The notes below the pieces were generated by a model, which worked only from the letters and a program-made list of their open reading frames with translations, had not been told where the DNA came from and did no database searches. Source: Takakia lepidozioides (lineage: Eukaryota > Plantae > Bryophyta). From it: a DNA stretch of 64,000 nucleotides. The position numbers were made by a program, and so were the translations under genes. The stretch's first letter is position 1, and every line of letters starts with the position of its first letter. Of the stretch, positions 52,501-64,000 are shown in pieces. The stretch spans positions 56,172,001 through 56,236,000 of the forward strand of contig CM060733.1 of the NCBI GenBank assembly GCA_030704615.1, read 5' to 3'.

Positions 52501-55500
52501 TTCAGAGGCTGCTCATCACTGGCAGAGGCTTCACGTTCGATGATCAGAATTTCATGGCAGCTGATCTCAATGAGGCACACCTTTTGATGCAGTGATTTAT
52601 AATGATTTCTAGATGTGTGTTTGTTAGGTATTAGTGTCAGTAAGCTCTTTGGGTTTTTGGTGGAGTCCAAATTCCTGTCTTTCTCTTGTACTTTTTTCTT
52701 CCCTATGAGCCCTCTGTGTCTTGTAGTTCTCTCCTGGCTGGTTTTGGCTGATAAGGTGGGTCATGTGTTTTTCCATTCATAAAGCGCACTCCTCCAGGCA
52801 AGTGGGTGTGCCCCATTTGCCGACAGCAGCCTGGGGCTTGCAATACTACTGAAAGTGGAATCGTGGAGGCTAAGCTGCGTTCCAAAGGTAGCAAAGGCAT
52901 TGAAGAACCAATGGTGGGCACTACCCATAAGGTGGGTTTTAAATTGTCTTTCCCCTTGAAAACTTTACATATCACCTGTTCTGGATAACCATATATCTTT
53001 TTGGTTAGATGGAAGTGCATCATACCAGTGTGATTACCATCTGTGAGGGAGAAAGTGGAACTCTGCTTCGTGTCCACAAATTTTTTCCAACATATGGAGA
53101 TAGAAGTTATGTATCAAATAGCTACTGTCTAGGAGCTCAGAGTTGAAAAGTTCATTCCTTCTGAACAGTGTCTAGTAAGGGAAATTTTATTATTAAGAAA
53201 CACGTTTACAAGGTTTTGGTAACGTTTGTAGAATTTGACATTTGGAAACAGGTTCAGAGGAGAGAGAGGCGTGGTAGACCCCCTTCAACATCAGAAGTGG
53301 TGAAGAGGAAAAGGGAAGATGTGGATACCAGACAACCAAGGAAGAGGGTGAAAGCCAAATTGGAAGAGAAAGGGAAAGTGGGAGGCCAGTTACTCTCCAA
53401 ATGTGGGTACTGTGGGGTTGTTGCAGCTCCCTTAAGAAGCTCAGGCTTGTGTGAGGAATGTGCTACTGAAATAGGAGATGACAGTGAACACCCACCTGCA
53501 CTGGCTTCTCAGGATCACTTGGGTCTGGGTCAACACGAGAGACAGGTGAACATGGTGCGAGAGTGGGAGCCCCTTGGTTTCTGTTGTATTTGGTCACTAG
53601 CTGGCCATGTAGGTTATGTTTTAATAAGACTGGGTACTGGTTGCTGTCATATCTTGGTCTTACCCCTCTTCGGCCATCTTGAGCTTTGCAGTCTATCTAC
53701 TGGCTTTGCTACCCTTTTGGTGGGCCTTGCTTTTTGCTGAAAAGTGGTAAGCTGGACCATTCTCCTGGTTTCTCTGCGTTTCCCTTGCTTCTAACTCTGT
53801 ATGGGTGATTTTGGGCTTGCAAGGCTTTTATTTTATTGATCTGTGTCTGGAGCGCTTCCCCTTCTCCTGACAAAAACAGAGACAGAAGAAAGAGAGTGAG
53901 AGGGACTTCCTAGACTTCGTGTGCTTGGGGTCCAGCACGAGACTTTCCACGACATCAGAGAAATAGTGACAGATAAGCAGAGAAAATGTGAAAGGAGAAA
54001 TTTGTGCATGGGTCCTTATGTGGACATGTTACTAAGCCCAATGTACTATCATGTTGTTTCAGACGTCGGGGAGGTGCCATACATGTGGAGAGCCGGGCTT
54101 GGTTGTTAACTGTGATGGGTGTCCGCGGGCCTTCCATAGAGGCTGCCTTGTCCCTCCTTTACGGGTACATGAATATCATTTTAGGATTTCCTTTGATCAA
54201 GTTAGCAGAAGTTGGCAGAAGTTTTGGTTGGATGAAAGAAGTCAAAGTTCTACCAGTTGTCTGGCAGTTGTTGAGCACAGGCACATAATCATAGGGTATG
54301 AGCCATCCTCTGACACAGAGGTTAAGTTCACTGCTTGGGTTATGTATCCAACTGATCAGTTTGGGTGCCATGCTTGTGGGGAGTCAGAGATTTTCAGTTG
54401 ACCAAGTTGTCGGTTGTCATTGGTCACATGGTGCATGAAAGTCATGTGCCTCTGTATGTTGTGCAGAGAGCACCGAGAGGGCAGTGGCTATGTCCAACAT
54501 GTGGACAGAGAAAACAGAAACGAGGCGACCTGCCTCTTCAGAGTGATGTTTCTCTTGAGGCAAGTAACCAGACCTATGGGAGCTAATTTGCTGAATTAGT
54601 TAGGTGAAAGCTTTAGAGTTCGATGTTTATTTCGATGTCAGTCTGTCAAGTTTCTTTTGATTACTTAATTTGTGAACCATTGTAGACACAACAGCCTGAA
54701 CTCTTGAACGTTATTGCCAGTCTCAAATCAAGAATTTGTGTTAAGATCAAGGTACAGAGTGGGTTGCTTTCTTTGACAAGAGCACCAGTATCTACAATCA
54801 GGAAAGCAAATTATTGTAATTAGTTGTTTAGACAAGCACCTACTCAGGCAGTCAGGAATTTTGAATCTGGTCTTTCTGGACCATCTGCTTTTAGCACTTT
54901 CTAGAAAGCTTGGCATTGTTCGCTCAGCATTGGCTTTCTTTGAGCTCAGAGCCTAAGAGACAGATTACTATGTTGAAAGCAGGTAGACCGAATTCTGGGT
55001 TGCCGGGTTGCTGGCAGACATTTGCTGATGTCTCCATTAGGGAGACAGAAAGAGGTGGTCAATAGGAGTGTTTCTAGCAAGGCAGGGGCTCTTGCCCACG
55101 GAGAGACCTCGGTCACAGTCGAAACTTCATCTTGTGGGCAGAAGTGTCAAACCTCTCAAGGCACTGCAAGGGCAATCCTGAATGGTTCGGAGATTCCCCC
55201 AGGGCAAGAGACAAGTCCTGGGCAAGAAAAGACAGGGAGAAAATGGGGGAATGAGGCTGATTTGGAAGGACTTCAGAAAGGGGAGTCAGGTGACCACAAA
55301 TCAGATGGAGCAGACACATTGGAAGGGGCAAGTCAGGAAAAGGGTGCAGTTTGGAAGGTAGTTAAAAGAGTAAGGGCAGTTGAGGCTGCAGCAGCCGGGG
55401 TAGGCACAACTTCAGAGAGAATCCACGCAACCACACCCATGGAGATAGACTCTGTTACAGGAAGGAAAACAGGTGATGAGGATTTCTATTGGCATGTCTC

Positions 55501-58500
55501 AGAACATCTATTGTATTTGTTGCTTTACCTTTCATATATATCAATCTTTGGACATCATTCCTTTCTTTAATCATGGGCACCACCTGCTTGGGGAACTATC
55601 CTTGTTTGTCGTTGCTCTGGCCTCCTTTTTGACACTTTGCTCTCAAAGGGGTAAGGCATTGTCTGTTGCTTGGCTTCTGGAAGTGTCCGAGATCCGCTTA
55701 TGATATTTGTGGACTAACTAAGAAATTGCTTACCAGATGGCATGTCAGATTCACCACAATCACAAGGAGACATTTCAGCTGACTTGCCGATGAAATGCTG
55801 TAAAGGACCAAAGGCTTGTGAGGCTGATTCAGGGAAGGACAGTGGTAAAGATGGAGTCCCTTGCCAGGTCTCACCAAAGACATATCATGGTACTGTGGAT
55901 GTGTCACCTGCCCCTGGTCAAGCAGGCATTACAGGTGAACTTCACACGCCATTGGTTATTGAACTAGGCGGGACTGACATCAACACGAGTCTCCAGGAGC
56001 TGTCGAAGGTGGATGCAGAGAATGAGTTAGATGGTAACCTTGGAATTTCCAAGGAAGAGATTACAGCTGATACTGGTCCACAGGATGCTAGAGAAGCAAA
56101 TGGCAGAGAAAAAGAGGATGTAACACTCCTAAACACAGGGTTGGTAGTTGAGATTGGGGTACAGGAAAGGCTCATGAAAGATGGTACCTCGGTCCTGGTT
56201 GAAGTCAAAGAAGAGAAGGTGGAACTTGAGTTTCTCGTCAAGTGGGCTGGCAGAGCCCACATACATAACGAATGGGTCGGTGAGAAGCGGCTGCGACTGC
56301 TATCGAAACGAAAGCTTGATAACTATAGAACCAAGTATGGGACACAATCCATGGTGCTAGCAGAGGATCAGTGGTCACAGCCACATCGCATTATTGCCCG
56401 GCGGGCAGTTCGCGGCCAGTCCATTGAAGTCCTGGTGAAGTGGTGTGGGTTGCCATATGATGAGTGCACTTGGGAGAAGGTGGATGATCATTTGGTTGTG
56501 AAATCTCAAGAGCTCCTCAAAGCATTTGATCGGTTTGAGGCTGAGGCTCTTAGGGGAGTAGGTAAGGTAGTCAAGAGAGGCTGTCGGCCGTCTGAGATTG
56601 AAGCTCTCACAGAGCAGCCAGAATGGCTGAAAGGAGGGTCGCTTTTTCCTCATCAGTTGGAAGCCTTGAACTGGCTAAGAAAGTGCTGGCATCGCCGGAA
56701 AAATGTCATCCTGGCTGACGAGATGGGGTTGGGAAAGACAATTTCAGCGTGTGCGTTTCTCTCTTCTCTCTATTGTGAGTTCAAGGCAAGGGCTCCTTGT
56801 CTGGTGCTTGTTCCTCTCTCCACCATGCCCAACTGGCTGGCAGAGTTCTCTCTATGGGCCCCTTTTCTGAATGTGATTGAGTACCATGGAAGCGCCAGGG
56901 CAAGAGCTATGATTCGCGAGTTTGAATGGCATGCCACACCCCCTGCTGGCTCTGGTCACCTTGGCAAACAAGTAAGCCCCCGCACCTACAAGTTCAATGT
57001 AATGCTGACCACTTATGAGATGGTCATTGCAGATTCTAGCCAGCTTCGAGCAGTGCCCTGGGAAGTCCTGATAGTGGACGAGGGACACCGGCTTAAAAAC
57101 TCGGAGAGCAAATTGTTCACTCTTCTCAACACCTATTCATTTGGACATCGGGTGCTTCTTACGGGTACACCTTTGCAAAACAATCTGGGTGAAATGTATA
57201 ATCTGCTCAACTTCTTACAACCAGACACATTTCCCTCCCTTGCTGCATTTCAAGATAAGTTCAGTGCTCTGAGCACGGCTGAACAAGTTGAGGAGTTAAA
57301 GAAGTTGGTGGCCCCACACATGTTACGACGGCTCAAGAAGGATGCAATGCAAAATATTCCCCCAAAGGTGGAGCGCGTAGTCCCTGTTGAGCTAACCTCC
57401 GTGCAGGCTGAGTACTATCGTGCTCTGTTGACAAAAAATTATCAGTTGCTGCGGCACGTTGGTGGGGGAAAGACTGGGGGCCAGCAGCAATCAATGCTTA
57501 ACATTGTCATGCAACTTCGCAAGGTTTGCAATCACCCTTACCTCCTAGCAGGATCTGAGCCTGAAGGAGGAAGCGCTGAATTCCTACAAGACATGCGCGT
57601 GAAGGCATCAGCAAAACTGACACTATTGCACTCCATGCTACAGATCCTGAAGCCACAAGGTCATCGCGTTCTAATATTTTCTCAAATGACCAAACTCTTG
57701 GATATATTGGAAGATTACCTGACATTCCAATTTGGTCATGAGAGTTATGAACGAGTTGATGGATCAGTGCCGGTTGCCGATCGCCAGACAGCAATTGCAA
57801 GATTTAATCAGGATCACTCTCGTTTTGTGTTTCTGTTGTCCACTCGCTCTTGTGGACTTGGCATCAATCTCGCAACGGCTGATACAGTGGTCATCTATGA
57901 TTCTGACTTCAATCCACATGCAGACATTCAAGCTATGAACCGTGCCCATCGTATTGGTCAGTCTAAAACTTTGTTGGTATACAGATTGGTTGTACGTGCC
58001 AGCGTGGAGGAGCGAATTTTACAGCTTGCAAAGAAAAAACTCATGCTGGACCACTTGTTTGCAAACAAATCAGGGTCCCAGAAAGAGGTGGAAGACATTT
58101 TACGTTGGGGCACTGAAGAGCTTTTTCAGGAAGGTGGTAGTTCCCCACTCGAGGAACTGGCGTTGGCATCAAACGGATGTGAAGGATCGGATATTGACTG
58201 TGCTGTTGATGGAGAGATAAAACAGGAGAGAGTAGGTGGGCCCTTGAGTTTGAACGAAGTGACAGTAACTGAGGGGACTGGTGACAAACAGAGGAGGAGA
58301 GTCGGCGGTCTTGGTGATGTCTATGAAGATATATGCCATAAGAAAGATGGGCGTTCAAAGAGTGTTTGGGATGATGCTTCTGTGGCCCGTCTCTTAGACA
58401 GGTCAGAGATTGGGACCAGCAATGTGGAATTGACAGAGGGTGAACAAGAAAATGACCTCCTTGGTTCTCTTAAGGTGAAGCTCCATACCCATGCCAAAGA

Positions 58501-61500
58501 GAAATGGTCAAATTGCTTCAAGATCATAAGGAGCCCTAGATCTTAGGCATTCATTTATTGAGGACAATAATAACAAGATGCCAGTATTACACATATGAGC
58601 TATTTCTAGCAGTAGCTAAAATCTGAGGGGACAGTTGTCCTTATTCCCTAATTCTACTTAGGAATTTGGAGAGATGTTCAACTGCGTTATGTCACACCAA
58701 CACTGTGCCTTACTGGTGGCAACAGACTTGGGATTGGAACGAACAAGATACTTTGGAGGAGGTAGAAGTGGAGGAAGTGCCCATGAAGGATGCTGAAGTG
58801 GTAGCTAGCAGACCTGGCACAACAGAGGAGGAAAACAAATGGGAGAAGCTTTTGCGTACCAGGTAACTCTCAACAAGTAGACATTCTTTTCGGCTTTGTA
58901 GTATGGACATGTAACTGGACTCCCAAGTACAGTTTAGGTGATGAGCTGACCATCTATCATCTCCTGTTCACACGTAGGTGGGAGAAGTTACAGACAGAGG
59001 AAGAAGCAGCACTGGGGCGGGGTAAGCGCCAGCGTAAAGTAGTGTCCTACAATGAAGCTGTTCCAGTCAAGTCAGCAGAAACTTCTAATGACGTAAGCTT
59101 CCTATCGCCATTTTGGTGTTATGGTATTGTTTGTGGGATTGTTAATCTTGGATGTTCTCTGTTGCCAAAATCCTTTTAGAATTATTGTTGGGTGCAACCT
59201 ATTTTCTTGTGGGTAAAGTCCTTGCCAGGTGACAATGACAAAGATGAGAACGAGGGGTTGTGAAATCGGCTGACAATTAGTTACGATGAAATCCAAGTGG
59301 GCCACGGGTTGTTTGTTTGTATGTAGGGACTTCCCAGTGTTGAATAGGCAAGTTTTAGAGGGTTTCCAAAGTTGAGCAGGAAGAGAATTTAATAAATATA
59401 CCACATCACATTCTTACCGTGGATGGCAGCACTCCGAGGAGGAAGAAGGGGAGCAGAACGGCACATCTGAGTCAGCACCAGAGCCTGAGTACACAGCTGC
59501 TGGTCGAGCTCTCAAGCAGAAACTGTGAGTGGCTGTCCAGCACCCCTAATGTCCGATTGGATTGACCTCATTATGCGAGATTCGCATTTGCTTGGGGTCC
59601 CTTGGAATTAAGAGAGTTTCACCCAAGGTGGATGGTTAAACCCAACCTCTGACCCACCCATGGCTAAGCAAAGCCGGCTGATGATTTGTGAGTCAGATGG
59701 CTGAGACAAGGAATCTGCCATTGAACTAAAGGAATTGGGACTGATTGAAGGACAGACTAGATCAAGTTCCTAGGGCAGTACATCGGTGAGCCTATGCAAA
59801 GATTAGAGCTGAAGTAGACTGATTGTTAAGACATTTGGCTCCACTTCAAGGTCTGGATCTGCCAAGAACACCTGTCTCGAGATGCTCGACAAGGAACTGA
59901 TATGACCTCCTTTTGGGACCACCTGGGGACCAACAGTGAGTCACATCTTGGCAGTGGTCTTGACTAACAATGACTTTTCAGAGTTCAAGCACCGATAGCT
60001 ACTAAAGAAGTTGTGCTTGATATTCTTTCTTACTGCTTTTGTCTGGAACTATGTAGGAGCAGATGGAGATAATAGCTGCCATGGTTGTCTGCAGGGCCAC
60101 GCTACGTGCGAGGCAGAAAGATCGTATACTGAAGGGTAAGGAAGCTCAAGCAAGTGCTGTTGAGAATGATGCAGTCATGGTGGCGAACAATGGGACAGAC
60201 AGAGCTTTAACTACACATATTGGGACAACCGATCATTGGCCACTTGCAGGTGCAGGGGACAATCAGAGGTCACAGTCTTTGGATGGTCCAAGATTTTCAG
60301 ACAGTTTGCCAGGAAGCACTCAACCATCTATGTGTAAGACTCAAGTAGAAGGACTAGGATTCAGCAACTATCCAATCAATGTGGAGCTTTATCGAAAAGG
60401 CAATGCCTCTTATCCCCACCGGGTCTATACCGTCCCAGGAATCCCAGTAGGACCATCTCCCACAACAACGGGAGGCTTGGGAACCTCTATAGCTTCTGAT
60501 CACGCTCAGCATCAATTAAGACAACCTGGTGCTCCTTTACTGACTGGGAATTTTTCAGGGAATTCCAGAGGCAGTTTGGTTTCTTTTGGAAGGGGACCAA
60601 TGTCTGATATCAGACCAGAGTCTCTGGTCCTCCCTTCCATCTCTCCTGCGTTGCAGTCTAGTCTGGGAAACCAAAGCGTACGTGAACTTTTACCACCATT
60701 GCCTCAAGGTTCAGGGTTCCAGTTTAGGAGTTCTTCCCCACACAACCTTATGCCCCCACCTCTCCTTTCTGATATTTCATTCATGCACAGTGGAGGTGGC
60801 GTGCAGTCGCACGGCTCTGTGAGTCAGCCACCAACACCATCTTCTCAAGGGGTTGTTCCGAGTGGGTCTCCAGCATCAAGTGATGAAGTGAAACACAGTT
60901 ATGGTCTCGGAGAGGGTGTGAGACAGGTGCCTGAGCCTCAGGAAACTCTGACCGTGCCTGCTGGTCTTCAGTTTTCAGAGTACATTCAGAGGAAAAACCT
61001 TGGCAGGGATTCAAACAGCTCTGGGGTGTCGGTATGTGCATTAACTTTGCTCCTAGCTCACACGCATCTCTTAATAGTGCTTGCAACCTTTGCTAACATA
61101 TCTGTGGTTGATTAATGTCTGTGCATGTTTTGCTTACCACTGGATTATAAGAAGGGTGGTCAACTCAAGTCGGAGGTCCTGTAATAACAAGTTGACCTTT
61201 ACTGATTGTTTGTTGTTTATGTAGGCACTAATGGGACGCTGTGGTACGATGGACTCCAATCTGCCTAAAGATGGCATGTACGCTTCCTTTATGCAAAATG
61301 CCCGAAGGCAAGATGGAAACCAGAAAGACGGGGTTTTGCCATCCGCTTCTGCAGAGGAGAGGACGATATCACAGTTGCTGTCTAGGAGTTTGGGCCCCAA
61401 TTTTCTCGGGGATGGTCAACGAACTGCACCACTGAATCAGGGGTCGGCAAATATATCAATGTCTACAGGGTATAGGGGCTTGGCTTTATCTAGCCACGAA

Positions 61501-63780
61501 CATGCATTGCTAGCCAGGGCACGCGCCAGTCAGGAGTCTCACTTCACTACGAGGCCCCAAGGTCCTGCAGCAGCTTCCAGTTCTCGATTCAGCACAGAAG
61601 AAGCTCAAAGGCCTCAGATCCCAGAACCAAACCTGGCCTTTGGTAGTGGAGAAGGCCCGAATGACTCCGATCCATTGCAGAGGGGATCTACCAGACTCAT
61701 GGCCAACTCTCACGAAAGGGAAAGTCCCCAGTTATTTTCCAGCTTAGGTGCACAAGAAGGAGGGGCAAAGAGAGGTCAACAAGAAGAGGATGGTGAGGGT
61801 GGGCAATTCAAGACGGAGCCCTGGACAGAGGATGAGCTGGACGCCTTATGGACTGGTGTACGCCGACACGGACGGGGTAATTGGGCAACCATGTTGCAAG
61901 ACCGCCGTTTGTGTTTCTCCAGAAACCGGGACCCAGCTCATCTGGCAGAGCGCTGGAGAGAGGAGCAGTTGAAAATGTTTGGGGTCCCACCACTGGAGGT
62001 GCCCAAGAAAGGGGGCAGGAGAGGAACTAGCCCCTTCTCTGGTGGGGAGTCTGTGAACTTAGGGGGTTCCAAAGGGTTGTTATCTATTGGTGAGGGACTT
62101 CCAATTAGAGGGCAAACTCGTGCACAAAGAGAGAAGGGTGTGGAGCAATTACCCACACCACATCCACTGAGCTCTGTGAGACCAAGTTTTGAAGCTGGTG
62201 CAGTGTTTCAGGGGAACCAATACAACCAACAAAGGAGGGAGCCAACAGCAAATTGGTCACTCCCAGATGTGGACATGAAGCCCCACACCCCAAGAGATTT
62301 CCCATTAATAGGTGCTTCTATGCCCAATAATGAACCACTGAGTTCATCTCTTACAGATCACGAGCGCAGGCATGGGTTGGAGTACAGTAGCTCAAGAGAC
62401 TTTGGTCCCAGCAGGCTGCCAGTCCCTGGTGCATTTCCATCAAAAGGCGGACATCTGGTAACCAAAGGCCAAAACAGTGATAGGGTGTTTGCAAGCAAGT
62501 CATTATTTCCGCATATGCAAAGTGGGGGATTTGTAGCAGGTGGTTTTGAATCAAGGACCGCTTCATCATCCACCTTGAGCGAGACCAGAAGGTTCAGGAT
62601 TGGTTTGGGCTCTAGAAATTCAGGGTCATCCAATGTGGACGAGACGGGCAAGAATCTACCCCACTGGTTGAGGGAAGCATTCACACCATTGCAACCCCCA
62701 CCCCCAAAGCCTGCACTTTCGCCCATGATTGCTGCTGTAGGACAGGCAACAGCTTTTATCTACAAGGGTTGCAAACCTCTTTTCCCGCCCTTTGTGCATC
62801 CTGGAGCCCCACTCGTACCACCGAAGGATTTTCCAAAGAAAGTGAAGAAGAAGAAACGGAGGAAACTGGACAGTAGAGTTTCAGGGGAGACCGAAGGCGC
62901 AGGTGGTAATGAATTTGCTGGTGGCCAGAACATTCTTTCAAATGTAGGTTTAGTGGATTCCCAGGCCCGAGTCTCATCCCTTTCTCCTGCACTGCAGCAG
63001 TTGGTGGCAAGCCTCAAGTCAGGGCCCAATGCTGGTCTTCAAACTGCAAGTTTTCCACCTTTTCCTTCATCTTTCTCGAAAGGACTCTTTGACTTTTCTG
63101 GTTTGCCAGTGGTGGACCCCACACCACCACCGCCTCCTTTGTTGAGACCAAGTGCACTTGCAGAGTTGATGTCACGGAAGACCCTAGGAACTGCACCACT
63201 TCCAGTTGGACCTCCCTTGAGCGAGTCTGTCCAAACTGGGCTAGATAGAACTGTCTTTGCACAAGGTGGGTCCTCTTTGTCAGACATGAACTTATTAGAG
63301 CCCAACCCAATGCTGGGCAATGGGGAAAGGCAAGTTTATCCGGGGGTGTCCCCCTCATTTGTTGCTAGTAAGCAGGTAAGGGAACCACCTGTAAAGGCTG
63401 AATTATTGAGTGGAGAGGTTCATGCAGAGCCTTGGAAACAGTCTGGGGAAATCCCTCCGCTGACCAAGAAACATGCTGAAGATTCTCATTTAGCAGCCAG
63501 TGGACGATCTAGTGTTCAGTCACTCCGTGAAGTTGCTCGAACTGTTCGTTCTCAACTTGGAACTACACAAGGTTTTGGGTGGACACCTCCACGAGTACCT
63601 CCTGCTCCAGGGGGAAGGACTAGGGAAGCTCTCTCTAAGAGTGTAGATATATGTTTGGATGGTGACAATTCTTCGAGCCAAACTGAGTCAGACCCCCTTG
63701 TGCGCCCGAAAACTGGTGTTGCGAAGGATTTTGATGAGGTGTCTTCTGACGAAACAATATCGGATGATCGGACACAGTAG
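46509..63780 (+). CDS. CHR4: CHD3-subfamily chromatin remodeler, CHR4-like (PWWP, 2 PHD, 2 chromodomains, SNF2 ATPase, SANT/Myb-like); first exons tentative
   Basis: GEDG|[28 protein letters not shown] (51111-51212 + 52785-52931); chromodomains EFLVKW and EVLVKW; [15 protein letters not shown] and [11 protein letters not shown] in the large exon to 58473; LGRGKRQRK; [17 protein letters not shown]; [10 protein letters not shown]; C-terminal [18 protein letters not shown] as in plant CHR4. Confidence 0.92.
46935..47070 (-). mobile_element. LINE 3'-end fragment
   Basis: GAGAGAGAATGTACTCATAAGACG...CAGGGGCTGACACCGGTAGT, closely matching 35458-35580. Confidence 0.85.
51485..51862 (+). mobile_element. 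LINE 3' fragment, copy 1 of a head-to-tail pair
   Basis: [22 protein letters not shown], ending ATGAGTACATTCTCTCTCTC; begins next to a (CT)n run. Confidence 0.8.
51865..52360 (+). mobile_element. LINE 3' fragment, copy 2 of a head-to-tail pair
   Basis: ACATGGGTGAGGAC...[16 protein letters not shown]...GGCCACAAGGCTACGGCAAA..ATGAGTACATTCTGTCTCTCT. Confidence 0.82.
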
Positions 63781-64000
63781 GGGGTAAGCATATTTTCCCA
63801 TTGGGGAGCTTGTACTTGTATTGACGTTTTCTATATTGTCTCAGTTTGTTTGAGAAACAAATAAGTCGAATGGAGTTGCCAATACATTCTTTATTGAAAT
63901 TTCAGTAGCAATTTTTCTTGCCACTAACTCCTGTCTTGGTCAAATCTCTTTTGTTTGTCACTCTAATTCAGTGGCAAGGAGGAAAGCTGACTGCCACACT

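Noticed and set aside
55942-63791. Many antisense and alternate-frame ORFs over CHR4
   Set aside because: Shadows of long coding exons with no independent motifs.

Overview
Intron-rich nuclear DNA from a non-seed streptophyte plant (probably a bryophyte; inferred from gene content). Host genes, left to right: the 3' end of a ZRANB3/SMARCAL1-like HNH helicase (+); a large uncharacterised TF(K/R)P-repeat protein (-); pyridoxal reductase PLR1 (+); a bacterial-type LysM exon (+) tail-to-tail with a cyanobacterial-type SH3b-NlpC/P60 peptidoglycan endopeptidase (-) whose N-terminus is disrupted; a frameshifted, truncated RPT4 pseudogene (-); and a CHR4-like CHD remodeler with an extra PWWP domain and a second PHD finger (+). 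The most unusual feature is a 9.4-kb putative mobile element (about 23770-33194). It is bounded by imperfect direct repeats ending in CTAG, has no visible transposase, and carries a mosaic repeat array plus a decayed three-exon zinc-finger gene saturated with an AGACC motif. Nine 3' fragments of one CT-tailed, RTE-X-like LINE family sit in introns, two with clear long TSDs. All assignments are from reading the sequence and recalled family motifs; no searches were run.
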